Shown piece after piece: positions 31,137-43,859 of a DNA stretch of 64,000 nucleotides (the first letter of the stretch is position 1; each line of letters starts with the position of its first letter). Both the position numbers and the translations under genes were made by a program. The notes beneath the pieces are model-generated. The model worked only from the letters and a program-made list of their open reading frames with translations. It was not told the DNA's origin and searched no databases. The DNA comes from Eledone cirrhosa. Taxonomy: Eukaryota. Where the stretch lies: assembly GCA_964016885.1 (NCBI GenBank), contig OZ024742.1, forward strand, positions 100,564,001 to 100,628,000, in the 5' to 3' direction.

Positions 31137-31247
31137 TACATATATACATATATGTATATATATATACATATATACTTATATGAATATATATATATATATA
31201 TAGAGATACATATATATATATATACATATATATACATAAATATATAT

Positions 31248-31304
<57 letters not shown>

Positions 31305-31431
31305 TTGGGGAGGGTCATATTTGCGTAATATTGCCAGAATTAATAACAGAACACACTCACTGTTTGGTTGGTTTTCGCTTCTCGCTGTCTTTTATATATA
31401 TATATCTGCGATCTAACTTACTCGGTCCTCA

Positions 31432-33498
31432 ATGTTGCCATTGACTGACCGGCGGTCAAAAATAATACAGATACAATATAGACAAACACATATATATATA
31501 GTTTACATAAATCTTTCGTTGCACATCTGCAACATCGTCAGTGGTGTTATATTCATTGTTCCTCCTGTTGTGTTGTATGTCTACGCCATTTTTTTGCTCC
31601 GCAAAGACCACAAGACAGTCGACGACCCGACAATAGGACCACCAACAAGACCTGTATGCGGAGCTAATATAGCTAGCAACTACAGGATCTCCTACTTCCT
31701 CTCAATGGTTATACGCCCCATAATCAAGATGTCCCCAGATGTATGTGAAAGTACAGAGGACCTCCTCAGCAGAATCAGTGAGTGCAACAAAAACAGGAGC
31801 CTATCCAACTGCATAATAGGCAGCATGGATGTGGTGTCACTGTACCCATCCATTAACATTGATTTTGCTGTGAAAAGATGCGTGGAGTTGATCATTGAGA
31901 GTGAGGTGGAGTTCTGCGACGTCGACACAGACGAACTGGGCCTCCTACTTAGACTTACCTACGACACTGACTACCTAGACAGCCATGACCTTAGATGTTT
32001 CTGCCCTAGTAGACCTATAAGAGGTAGACCCCCCACCATAACCTCAATGGCTAAAAAGACTCCCATAGGAAGGTGGATTGGGTGGACCAAAGCTATACGG
32101 ACCCCCCAAAACACTGATCAGGTAAGAAAAATGGTCGCACATGCAATAGGGGCTAGTATCAAAACTACCCTAAAGGGCCACATATTTAAGTTCAATGAGA
32201 AAATCTACACCCAAAATGAGGGAGCAGCCATCGGCGTCAGCATAGCTGGCGATGTTGCCAACCTTTTCATGGTATGGTGGGAAAGGAGACTTAAAGATCT
32301 CCTTAATGAAAGCTCCATAGACCTCATCATGTACTCTCGTTATGTAGACGATATCAATATAGTTATAAGAACACCCCCACTAGAGAGCACTAACAAGTTT
32401 GATTTAGAACGTAGCACGATGGAAAGCATCCAGCAGATAGCTAATTCCATACACCAGAGTATAACTGTAACTATAGACTTCCCTTCCAAACACCCTAACA
32501 ATAGACTACCTGTATTAGACACAGAACTCTGGATTAACACTATAGACGAGAGAGCCCAAATTCTCCACTCACACTATGCTAAACCCATGGCCTCCAAATA
32601 CCTGATACTCAAAAACTCAGCAATGTCCAGTAGTGCTAAGTTTAATATTCTGATCGCAGATTTGGTACGAGTGATGAAGAATGTGTCCAGCATGTGCGAC
32701 CCAACAGAAATGGAAGGACACATCCAACACTTCATCAACCGCATGCAGTTCTCTGGCTACAACCAAAGAGACAGAGTCAGAGTATACGAAGGAGCCATGG
32801 AAAAGTATAAGACCCTCATAGAACTGGACATGAAAGGAATTTGCCCACTATACAGGAGCAAATCATGGAATAGCTTAGATAGGGCTAGACATAAGATAGG
32901 GAAGGCCACATCATGGTACGACAACCAGAGATATCAGAGTGTCATGTTTGTGGACGCCACCCCTGGAGGGAAATTAGCTAACCAGTGTAGAAAGGCCCTG
33001 AGAAAGACCCACTTAAAAATAAAGGTGGTAGAAAAGCCAGGAACCACCATAAAATCCCTGATCAGCAAAACCTACCCTTTTAAGAAAACCCACTGTACCA
33101 ATAGGAAATGTATCATATGTAAGGTGAACCCCCGGATAAACTGTAAAACTAGAAACGTAGTCTATAGCATAAGATGTACAGAGGGTACTTGCAGAAACAC
33201 GACAACAACATACATAGGTGAGACAGCTCGTAGCATAGGTGAAAGGATAGACCAACACTGGGGGGAACTAAAAGGACGAAAAAACGGGTCAGTACTATAC
33301 GAACATGCTAGACAACATCATGACGGTAACATAGACAACATAGAAATTAGAATAATATCTAAACATAGGAATGACCCAGCAGATAGGCAAATCAGAGAGG
33401 CCAGTGAAATAGAAATTAGAAGACCAAAGCTAAACAGAAAGAATGAGTGGAACAACAACAACACCCAAACAAACAACACTGACCTAAGAGAAGTATAA
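31432..33498 (+). CDS. PLE polyprotein: reverse transcriptase + Zn-finger-like linker + GIY-YIG endonuclease (true RT sequence starts about 31597; first ~55 aa are read-through of the inverted pLTR)
   Basis: RT motifs PTRPVCG, SMDVVSLYPSI, YTQNEGAAIG, YSRYVDD and LPVLD. Linker CTNRKCIIC. Endonuclease NVVYSIRC...YIGETAR...RIDQH...HARQHH...REASEI...LNRKNE. The N-terminal MLPLTDRRSK... also starts the minus-strand ORF 33598-33879, showing it derives from the inverted repeat. Confidence 0.92.
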   Translation: MLPLTDRRSKIIQIQYRQTHIYIVYINLSLHICNIVSGVIFIVPPVVLYVYAIFLLRKDHKTVDDPTIGPPTRPVCGANIASNYRISYFLSMVIRPIIKMSPDVCESTEDLLSRISECNKNRSLSNCIIGSMDVVSLYPSINIDFAVKRCVELIIESEVEFCDVDTDELGLLLRLTYDTDYLDSHDLRCFCPSRPIRGRPPTITSMAKKTPIGRWIGWTKAIRTPQNTDQVRKMVAHAIGASIKTTLKGHIFKFNEKIYTQNEGAAIGVSIAGDVANLFMVWWERRLKDLLNESSIDLIMYSRYVDDINIVIRTPPLESTNKFDLERSTMESIQQIANSIHQSITVTIDFPSKHPNNRLPVLDTELWINTIDERAQILHSHYAKPMASKYLILKNSAMSSSAKFNILIADLVRVMKNVSSMCDPTEMEGHIQHFINRMQFSGYNQRDRVRVYEGAMEKYKTLIELDMKGICPLYRSKSWNSLDRARHKIGKATSWYDNQRYQSVMFVDATPGGKLANQCRKALRKTHLKIKVVEKPGTTIKSLISKTYPFKKTHCTNRKCIICKVNPRINCKTRNVVYSIRCTEGTCRNTTTTYIGETARSIGERIDQHWGELKGRKNGSVLYEHARQHHDGNIDNIEIRIISKHRNDPADRQIREASEIEIRRPKLNRKNEWNNNNTQTNNTDLREV

Positions 33499-33763
33499 AT
33501 AAATAAGTAAATTAAATTAAATAAAATAAGATAAATAAATACATACACAAGCACATAAACACACACCAGTCACCCAGCAGACACAACACTATCCACACTA
33601 GTCACACATCACACATAACACTATACACACACGCAAACGCATGCGCAAAGAAGACAAAATAAAATAAGATAAACAAACAAGCAAATAAATAAATAAATAT
33701 ATAGACAGACTGAACAAAAAAATGGCGTAGACATACAACACAACAGGAGGAACAATGAATATA

Positions 33764-33837
33764 ACACCACTGACGATGTTGCAGATGTGCAACGAAAGAT
33801 TTATGTAAACTATATATATATGTGTTTGTCTACATTG
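33764..33837 (+). ncRNA. Hammerhead-like motif in the PLE pseudo-LTR (mirror copy on - strand at about 31474-31547)
   Basis: CTGACGA (33770-76), then T, stem II GTTGCA/GATG/TGCAAC and GAAA (33794-97). Stems I and III fold only imperfectly because of an internal (TA)n run. Confidence 0.55.
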
Positions 33838-34056
33838 TATCTGTATTATTTTTGACCGCCGGTCAGTCAATGGCAACATTGAGGACCGAGTAAGTTAGAT
33901 CGCAGATATATATATATAAAAGACAGCGAGAAGCGAAAACCAACCAAACAGTGAGTGTGTTCTGTTATTAATTCTGGCAATATTACGCAAATATGACCCT
34001 CCCCAAATATAACAATATCTGTTTCGACACACGATTTCATATAAAAAACCTCGCAA

Positions 34057-34124
<68 letters not shown>

Positions 34125-34422
34125 GTATATATGTCTTCAAAAGTGTCCATTTCTTCACGTGGTTGTTATTTTAATGATTCCAGCAGATGTTTTATTTGAA
34201 ACAGTCAGGATATTAGACATGAAGACATTATTATTCCTGGGTTATCTGATCGAAACATTCCACGTAATTTCCCTTCACTCTCAACAATTACAAAATATTG
34301 TCGTAAAATCTCTTTCTGTTTAATCATTTAGCAGGCGTACTTTATTTCTTCTTAATTAATAGTTCTCTTGCGTGTGTGGTGGAGATTATATATATGTGTG
34401 TATGTATATATATGTATGTATG

Positions 34423-34485
<63 letters not shown>

Positions 34486-34488
34486 ATG

Positions 34489-34607
<119 letters not shown>

Positions 34608-34624
34608 ATATATATATATGTATG

Positions 34625-34657
<33 letters not shown>

Positions 34658-34672
34658 ATATATATATATATG

Positions 34673-34741
<69 letters not shown>

Positions 34742-34818
34742 GTATGTATGTATGTATATATATATATATGTATGTATGTATGTATGTATATATGTATGTA
34801 TGTATATATATATGTATG

Positions 34819-34909
<91 letters not shown>

Positions 34910-34910
<1 letters not shown>

Positions 34911-35101
34911 ACGGAGGAGTTGTGGTAAGGAACCAGATGAACCATAACGCACCAGAGTACTCAATACTTAGAGTAGTAGAGTGGGTAATAGGAGAAACTA
35001 TGACCTCGACGCCAGAGCTCAAGACGTTTCGTCGGCTATTTCTGGACCCAGAAATAACCGTCGAAACGGCTTCAGCCTCTGCCATCGGGGTCATACTTTC
35101 T

Positions 35102-35104
<3 letters not shown>
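34910..35104 (-). mobile_element. Fold-back PLE-like insertion, family C (older, diverged arms)
   Basis: Tail on the left (reverse complement of the family C tail) and imperfect inverted arms at about 34989-35104, within (TA)n. Confidence 0.7.
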
Positions 35105-35185
<81 letters not shown>

Positions 35186-35452
35186 ACTGGAAGGTAATAT
35201 CCGTAGTGGCAGAGCACTCAGTCCAAGGGACGAGTTTGCTAGAGGTAGTAACACAACAGTTAGTTCACCATACCAAGAACAATTGTTTCACCTTTTGCCT
35301 TATATATATATTATAGGCACCCGTTTTACGCGTGTTGTATTGAAGCGAATAACTGTGTGTATACTCTGGGAGTGTATCTTACATTGCCCATTGAGTACTC
35401 TGAGATACAACCAGCCCTGGCATTGATAAATATGCTGGGTCCGTCAACTCCT

Positions 35453-35537
<85 letters not shown>

Positions 35538-35572
35538 TGTGTATATATACATGTATATATATATATATATAT

Positions 35573-35768
35573 AAGTTTTAATATAGATGAGATTCTACAG
35601 GACTAGAACTGTTTCATTCTTTAGAAATCATCAGGTTCCTGATGATTTCTAAAGAATGAAACAGTTCTAGTCCTGTAGAATCTCATCTATATTAAAACTT
35701 TTATACTCTGCAATGTATTGAGTACCTTACTTACTGTGGTTACCTCCGATTCAACCCAAAATAACGTA
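35573..35768 (+). mobile_element. Fold-back PLE-like insertion, family A
   Basis: Perfect 63-bp arms 35573-35635 and 35638-35700 with a 2-nt spacer, then a ~68-nt tail. Homologous to 28581-28720 (-) and to the tail tip at 30778-30796. Confidence 0.8.
35636..35682 (+). ncRNA. Hammerhead core, family A, at the centre of a fold-back insertion (mirror on - strand)
   Basis: TTC-CTGATGA-TTTCTAAAGAAT-GAAACAG-TTCTAGTC-CTGTA-GAATC. The 5' strand of stem I is cut short by the inversion junction. Confidence 0.7.
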
Positions 35769-35819
<51 letters not shown>

Positions 35820-35836
35820 GTGTGCATATATATATG

Positions 35837-35914
<78 letters not shown>

Positions 35915-35976
35915 TATATATGTATGTATATATATATATATATTTACATACATATATATATATATAGAGACATATG

Positions 35977-36083
<107 letters not shown>

Positions 36084-37009
36084 TTGTGCAGTAGTGGTTA
36101 GTGTTGAAATTTAGGACTACCCAAACGGAAACGGGCGTATACTTTACGCCAGGTCTACACACATTATGGACAGGGAATTAGAATCGTTAGGGCGTCGGAG
36201 TAAATGCCTCGATATTTGTTTCGGCTCACGGCACAAGACATCTTAACAGACGTTTCAACAAATTCGGCAACCCAACATACTGGATTGGCACTATATATAA
36301 TTGACCTCTGAAGAGATAAAAGACAAAATTGACCTCGGTGACGGAGTTGGGCCTGGGAGTTATTCAAACGTAGAACATAAAAAACAAAACTGGAACATAT
36401 ACAGCAGAATCATTAGAGCATCGCCGAAACCATTTTGTCCGACACTCTAACAATGCTGACAATGGACCACCCTTCATATATATATATAACAATTGTTTCT
36501 ACTTTAGGCCCAGGGCCAGCAATTATTCAGTACATTACTGGTACTTTATTTTATCGACCCCGTAAGGATGAAAGGCAAAGTTAACCTCAGCGGGATTTGA
36601 ACTCAGGCCCTAAAGGGACGTAACTCTATGCTGTAAAGCATGGCGTCCGATCCTCTACCGATACTGCCAATTAATAATATAACTAACTTTCTCCTTATTG
36701 AGTTCGTGTTTAGAATGTTACTTTATAAAAGTTCTTACATGAAATTATAGAAGTTTTTTTTAATCATTTTTTTAAAATAAATATATACGGTTTAAAATAC
36801 ATAGCTTTATATCGTTGAATTGGGGACGGATTTAGGCGTTTGGGGATCAAAAGTGATAACTAAAGATGTTCTCACTATAGCTATTATTATATCTATCTTT
36901 TGTGAACTCATAACTGTAATTATATACTAGATACCTTGTAACGTGTACACTTGATATCCTGATGATACTTCCCAGAATACATATGTTTCATTGCACTTTA
37001 AGCTAGTCT

Positions 37010-37505
37010 CTCTCGCTCCCTCTCTTCTCTCTCTCTCTCCCTCTGTCTCTCCCTTCTCTTCCTTCCTCTCTCCCGTCAATCCCTCCGTCGCTTCCATCTT
37101 TCCCTCCACCTTTCCCGTCACTCCCTCCCTCTCTCCCTTCTCTTCCTCCTACTCTCCTGTCAATCCCTCCGTCGCTCCCTTCTTTCCCTCCGTCTCTCCC
37201 TTCTCTTCCTCCACCTCTCCCGTCACTCCCTCCCTCTCTCCCTTCTCTTCCTCCCCCTCTCCCGTCACTCCCTCTCTCCCTTCTCTTCCTCCCTCTCTCC
37301 CGTCAATCCCTCCGTCGCTCCCTTCTCTTCCTCCCTCCCTCTCTCCCGTCACTCCCTCCCTCTCTCCCCTTCTCTTCCTCCCTCTCTCCCGTCAATCCCT
37401 CCGTCGCTCCCTTCTTTCCCGCCGTCTCTCCCTTCTTTCCCTCCGTCTCTCCCCTTCTCTCCCTCCGTCTCTTCCTCCCCCCTCTCCCTCCTCTTCCTCC
37501 CTCTC
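37010..37505. repeat. CT-rich minisatellite
   Basis: Repeated CTCTCCCGTCA(A/C)TCCCTCC...CCCTTCTCTTCC units. Confidence 0.85.
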
Positions 37506-38165
37506 CAATGGCCCTTAATTCTAGTCCCTCTCCTCAAGTATTGTAGTATTGATGGTTTTACTAAATGTTGTCTTGTTCATGTCAACACTGATCTCGTTCC
37601 TTACTCTATCAATCATATAGTTACACTGAATGTTCTTATCACACAGAAGTCTGTCTTCAGACACAGTTATACCAGGGAGCCTGCTGGGTGTCCATAATAC
37701 TGCATTACACTCAATGTTGTTGATACTATTTTCTTATCACACTAAACCTTATCATCCTCGTTGTCGTCGTCACCATCGTCACCATTGTCGTCGTCGGTCG
37801 CCGCCACCATCATTACCATCGTTGTCGTCACCAACATTATCAATCGTCGTTGTCATCATCGTCGTCATCGTCATCATTAACATCGTCATCTTCATCACCA
37901 TCATGGTTGTTGTCGCTGTCGGCTTAGTTGTCGTCATCACAGCCACTACTGGAATAGAATGAACCTCCGTCGGTTTTGACGATGAGTATTCCAATTGTTC
38001 TAACACCGAAACAGCCTTCTCGTGAAATTAGCGTCCATATAACTGCTCTGTAGAACAACTGATGTTATTACATTGAGCTATTTATCTTACTGGTAATAAG
38101 GTAGTAATTAATTACTCACCTTCCCTGTTTATAGTTTAAAATATACATAACTATAAATAGTATCC

Positions 38166-38206
<41 letters not shown>

Positions 38207-38208
<2 letters not shown>

Positions 38209-38397
38209 AACCAGTAAGACCCCGATAGCTGAGCTCAAGCCGTTTCGACGGCTAATTCAGTCCAGAATCAGCCGTCGAAACGGCTTGAGCTCAGCTGTCG
38301 GGGTCTTACTGGTTCCTATTACCCACTCTACTACCTCAAGTATTGAGTACTTTGGTGCGTTATGGTCCACCTGGTTCCTTACCACATTTCCTTCGTT
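38207..38397 (+). mobile_element. Fold-back PLE-like insertion, family C
   Basis: ~46-bp inverted arms plus the family C tail, within (TA)n. Confidence 0.75.
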
Positions 38398-38537
38398 ATA
38401 TATATATATATATATACATATAATTGGAAATCAGTAAAATCGAATCTCTGGCGGTTTGCAAGTAAATTCGGCCTACTTATATGAAGTGATGAGTTAGCAA
38501 AGCACTCGATAAGATAGGTCTCAGAGTTATAACATAC

Positions 38538-38596
<59 letters not shown>

Positions 38597-38620
38597 ATGT
38601 ATAAAAATCAATACAATATA

Positions 38621-38698
38621 ATTACCTCATTACCAGAGGTTTCCCGAATGAGGCGAATACGAAAGAAACGTCTTCATTCGTTCGTCAGACGAGGCAAT
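38621..38698 (-). ncRNA. Type-I hammerhead ribozyme
   Basis: Reverse complement: stem I ATTGCCTCGT/ATGAGGTAAT (10 bp with GU pairs); CTGACGA; stem II CGAATGA/TCATTCG; GAAA; stem III ACC-TCT-GGT; GUA site. Confidence 0.85.
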
Positions 38699-38785
38699 AT
38701 TTAAATTTAAATTTTGCTCTGATACTTACATAGAGCACTCTTCACTTCTATGACATTTTCTGTTTTCAACGGAAATTTCAATACT

Positions 38786-38864
<79 letters not shown>

Positions 38865-38935
38865 CCATGTTTTCCATTTAGTCGTAATTTTTTTTAATAT
38901 ATATTTCCTTCTGCATCCACAGTTTAATATTTCTC

Positions 38936-38987
38936 ACTTTCTGAAGATCCTGCTTCAGGGGAAAAACAGAAATTGTTTGCTTAAACT
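38936..38987 (+). ncRNA. Hammerhead-like motif, family B (canonical CTGAAGA core, degenerate stems)
   Basis: ACTTT-CTGAAGA-TCCTG/CAGGG-GAAA...GCTT-AAACT. The flanks are homologous to 23400-23515 and 30165-30280. Confidence 0.5.
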
Positions 38988-39455
38988 TTTAATCTGTGCT
39001 AATAATAAATATATATAGTGTTGTATCAGTTATATGTTTGTATCGATACCTCCCTCTATGGGTATACATATTAGAAACTCAATCCTTATATCAATACCAC
39101 ACACTACAGTATTAATATAAGCACCTCCCAACACCAATACCACACTTTACACCATTAATACCACACACCAAGTTATAATACCACATATCCCTCATCAACA
39201 TCATACACCCCACCATAAATACCACACAGCAACCACATTACTACCGACTTACACTATATATAAAGTAATTAATTCCTTTATATGAAACTTTATAAAATGT
39301 CCCCTGGAAACAGTGTTTACAATAATGGTCCTATGTAGAACGGTCAATTGGGACTTGAGAAATTTCTGTTAAAGACATTATCTTAAAGGAATATAGGATA
39401 ACAGTTTTCTTATTGAATGACAAGGCATAATACATATATATATATATATATATAT

Positions 39456-39570
<115 letters not shown>

Positions 39571-39766
39571 GCGGCATATGTGTGATGTGTGTATTTACAT
39601 ACACACACACACATGAATTAGCAGGATTGGTTTTAGATACGGGAGAAATAGAACCCAGTATGTAAAGCACAATAAATAAATAAATATGTAAATATATATA
39701 TATAAATAAATATGTAAATATATATATATAAATAAATATGTAAATATATATATATAAATAAATATG

Positions 39767-39802
<36 letters not shown>

Positions 39803-39840
39803 ATATTAACAAATGGAAACTATATTTATAAAACCATATT

Positions 39841-39906
39841 TATTTCATTATACATATTTCAAGGACCACCAAGGCAGATTATGGTGCGCTTTCATCAGAT
39901 AAAATA
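39841..39906 (-). ncRNA. Type-I hammerhead ribozyme, family E-related
   Basis: Reverse complement reads TATTTTAT-CTGATGA-AAG..CACCA/TGGTG..CTT-GAAA-TATGTAT-A-ATGAAATA. Confidence 0.78.
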
Positions 39907-39918
39907 TAATATAGATTA

Positions 39919-39994
<76 letters not shown>

Positions 39995-40060
39995 TATATA
40001 TATATATATGTATGTATGTATGTATAATAATCGTTTTTTCATATATATATATATATATAG

Positions 40061-40099
<39 letters not shown>

Positions 40100-40106
40100 C
40101 ATACAT

Positions 40107-40205
<99 letters not shown>

Positions 40206-40208
40206 TAC

Positions 40209-40283
<75 letters not shown>

Positions 40284-40286
40284 CAT

Positions 40287-40317
<31 letters not shown>

Positions 40318-40368
40318 TATATATATATACATATATACATATATATATGTATATATATATACACATAT

Positions 40369-40484
<116 letters not shown>

Positions 40485-40486
40485 GT

Positions 40487-40797
40487 AGGAGGTGAGTTTT
40501 ATTGTAGCACAATAAAGCAATGCAAATATAGGATAAGTAGCACTCAACAGTTTATAGGACTGGAGTATAAATAATATAAAATCAAAAGATGGTTAAAAGA
40601 GTTCCATGTATTTTATTATGCGCATTTCATATGTTGATTTAACACTTCACTGCTCGCAAGTGTTTTTTAAGCTTCATATCATGTCTCCCTATTTTATCTG
40701 ATGAGAACGCAAATATCATCCCATGATGATATTTGTTTTTGAAATGCGCATAATAAAATACATGGAACTCTTTTAACCATCTTTTGATTTTATATTA
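40487..40797 (-). mobile_element. Fold-back PLE-like insertion, family E
   Basis: Inverted arms at about 40572-40629 and 40740-40797, tail 40487-40571 on the left, (TA)n flanks. Confidence 0.72.
40690..40760 (+). ncRNA. Type-I (minimal/dimeric) hammerhead ribozyme, family E
   Basis: Stem I TATTTTAT/ATAAAATA; CTGATGA; stem II CAAATATCATC/GATGATATTTG; GAAA; palindromic stem III ATGCGCAT; AUA site (after 40752). Confidence 0.85.
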
Positions 40798-41300
40798 TAT
40801 ATATATATATATATAAATATAAATTAGCGAGAATCGTATTTCGGCTTAAGAATTAACGAAAAACAACTTCCGAGATGTGTGGCAAGCGCTCAATGATTCA
40901 GATGAACCAGAGCTATAACAAACGTTAAAGGCCAATCACACTGAGACGATGGTTAAACAATCATTCGCACAGCCAAAAAAACGACCAAGTAATTCGGGTC
41001 AAACAAATAAAAATATATGTTATATATATGTATGTAAATTGAAGGATGAGTATTTTAAACTTTATTTTATCATGAGTTAAGGCTCTATTGATTTTTCCCT
41101 GGATTTCACTAAATTCTGTTGGATGAATCTATATCCTGATTCTTTTTGAATTGAGTTTGAATTATTTTTCCCACATCTTACGTTAACTATTTTCCCATTT
41201 TGACGCTATAGTCACTTATATATTATGGAATACTGTGTGCTTCTTGCTCATAATAATTTCTATACTTTTCATTTATACATATATATATAATTTCTATACT

Positions 41301-41349
<49 letters not shown>

Positions 41350-41794
41350 CTGAGCGACTGTTAATGGGGTTAGTTCAGTTTCGTACCCAGACACCATAGC
41401 ACAAAAAATATAAAGTAAGGCCCAGCCTAGTGTTTGTAGGTCTATGAATTAGATTTCCTCGACTGCAACGTCGGATATTATGAAGAATGCAAAGCAGCCG
41501 GAGTGTGATACGAGTTATTATCGCGGTAAATTAGTGACACAAATGGAGAAGTTATTAACATTGCAGGTGGAAGATTAGAATCAGATAAGCATTCCATTGT
41601 GTCGAGATCAACATAGTTCCTGTTGGACATCCGTCGGTTGTTGCGATGACTTCCTCTTATTTAATCAACGGAACAATGTAATCTTTAACACATGTAATCT
41701 TTAACGTAATTCTCAATGACATTCAACGTGATACAGTGTGTCAAGTCTAGGACTTTGAATCATAGGACAACTAATTTGTTTGCTGAGTGGATGG

Positions 41795-42110
41795 TGTAGC
41801 GACTAGCGCCACCTTGCCCGGGGAGAAAAAACTAATTGGAGTTACTTCCCCGTGGCCAGTATATAAGGGAGTGTGCTGACGTCACTCGATCTCTCTTGCT
41901 CACTTACTCTTTTTGGCGGCACCTCTCAAACTGGTCACATCGAGCGCAAGCATGCTAACGTTTTTCAGCCATATCTTATAATTCAGGATTATACCTTGTC
42001 ATGCCACGAGGCACATTTGTTTACCACATTTGTAATACATGGACTACAATAAACGCAAGTTATTTTGATACTCGTTTTGTGTAGCTTATCATGCCTCAGT
42101 TATTACTTCA
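41795..42110 (+). mobile_element. Possible solo LTR
   Basis: Begins TGTAG and ends CTTCA, with internal TATATAAG, TGACGTCA and AATAAA. No clean TSD. Confidence 0.35.
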
Positions 42111-43049
42111 AATGTAGTGAGAGATAATTCTCGTAAAAAAGAAATTGTATGAAAATTCTTCTGTATCTTATCTCTATTAAATTTAGTAGTTGGGATCCGG
42201 TGGTGCTTACTGGAGTAAGTAACCCTGGAACCAACTCACAAAAATAGGAACAACAAAAAAATAAAGTATTTTGCTTGAGGACAAAAGGTGCTGTTGCGAA
42301 TTGAACTCATAACTTTGAGACCGTGAGCCGATCACTCTCACCACAAAACCATGTACCTTTACTCCACATATGTATATGTGGATATATAATACCTGATTGC
42401 GTCGTAAGTGACACGGTGTGACATACGATGTGTCTTGGACACTTTAAATCTAGCAGTGCCCATCTCCTCTCCCCGCCAGAACACAGCTGATTTCTTCCAG
42501 AGAAAGAGAGAGAGGCGGGGATAGTGATTGAGGAAGCGCGTGTGTGAGAGAGAAAGAGAAAGATAGAGATAGATGAAATGATAAAGTGATATAGAGGAAG
42601 ACGTTTAATCATTCTTAAGTCTCTCTCTATAATATTTATGGCTTGTATCGCGAAATATCAAGTTTAAAGTTTCTTTAAAGGTTTCCCCTTAATATTTGGT
42701 CATATCGCGAAATATAATGTTTAAGGGTTCTTTATAAGCCTCTGTGTAATATCTGGGGTTCGCATCGTGAAATGTAAAGTTTAAGGGTTATTTATGAGTT
42801 TCTCTGTAATATTTAGGGTCCGTATCGTTAAAACAAGTGTTGGAGACCACTGGTCTAGGTCAGTAAGAATTAAGTACGATGATGAGAGACGTTGCAACAT
42901 AGTCACCAGTAACTCTATTGTTACTGTTAGCAGAGAAATGACAAATAAATACAGTTTGTGGTGCTTCGTTCTCTGTTAATCCTATGTACGTGCTGGAATA
43001 GGGGACATGACTATAGTCTAGTGTGTTTCTGACATTTAACTGGGGGCTG

Positions 43050-43515
43050 TGATGGTGTCGGCGATGGTGGTGGTGTCGGCGATGGTGATGGTGTCGGCGA
43101 TGATGGTGGTGTCGGCGATGATGGTGGTGTCGACGATGATGATGGTGGTGGTGTCGGCGATGGTGGTGGCATCAGCGATTGTGGTGGTGTCGGAGATGGT
43201 GGTGGTGTCGGCGATGGTGGTGGCGTCGGTGGTGGTGGTGGTAGTGGTGGTGGTGGTGGTAGTGGTGGTGATGTTGGTGGTAGTGTTATCATTGAAGGTG
43301 ATAGCGCCGCCGGTGGTAGAGGTGGTGGTGGTGGTTGTGCTTGTGGTGTCAGCGATGGTGATGGTTGTTGTACCGGTGACGGTGGTAGTGTTGTTGGCGC
43401 TGGTGTTATTATTGAAGGTGATGGGGCCGGATGTAGAGGTGGTGGTGGTGGTGTTGTTCTTGATGTGGTGGTGGTGGTGTTGTTGTTCTTGATGTGGTGG
43501 TGGTGGTGGTGGTGT
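43050..43515. repeat. (GGT/GAT)n 18-bp minisatellite
   Basis: Unit GGTGTCGGCGATGGTGGT. Confidence 0.85.
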
Positions 43516-43639
43516 TTCCATCTGTAGGAAGCGGTTTGCCAAACGATGATGTTCATACATATGGAATTATTTATCTATGTGTAAATCTTGAAAGTCAAAA
43601 GATATGGTGTATGTGTGTGTGTGCGCGCGTGTGAGCGTG

Positions 43640-43670
<31 letters not shown>

Positions 43671-43823
43671 CTGCGCGCGTGTGTGTGTGTGTGTGTGTGT
43701 GTGTCTGCGCGCGTGTGAACGTGTGTGTGTGCGTGTGTGTGAGCGTGTGTGTGTGTGTGAGCGTGTGTGAGCGTCTGTGTGTGCGTGTGTGTGAGCGTGT
43801 GTGTGTCTGCGCGCGTGTGAGCG

Positions 43824-43859
<36 letters not shown>

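Larger units (their letters stand above)
31299..34060 (+). mobile_element. Penelope-like retroelement (probably Neptune-type), 5'-truncated, with inverted pseudo-LTRs, inserted in (TA)n
   Basis: 31299-31596 is the reverse complement of 33715-34012 (298 bp, one mismatch seen by eye). A ~48-nt 3' tail (34013-34060) lies beyond the right arm only. An RT+GIY-YIG ORF lies between the arms, with (TA)n on both sides. Confidence 0.93.

Noticed and set aside
31432-31596. N-terminal 55 aa of the 688-aa ORF, and ORF 33598-33879 (-)
   Set aside because: Both come from the antisense strand of the pseudo-LTR; the in-frame fusion is most likely chance.
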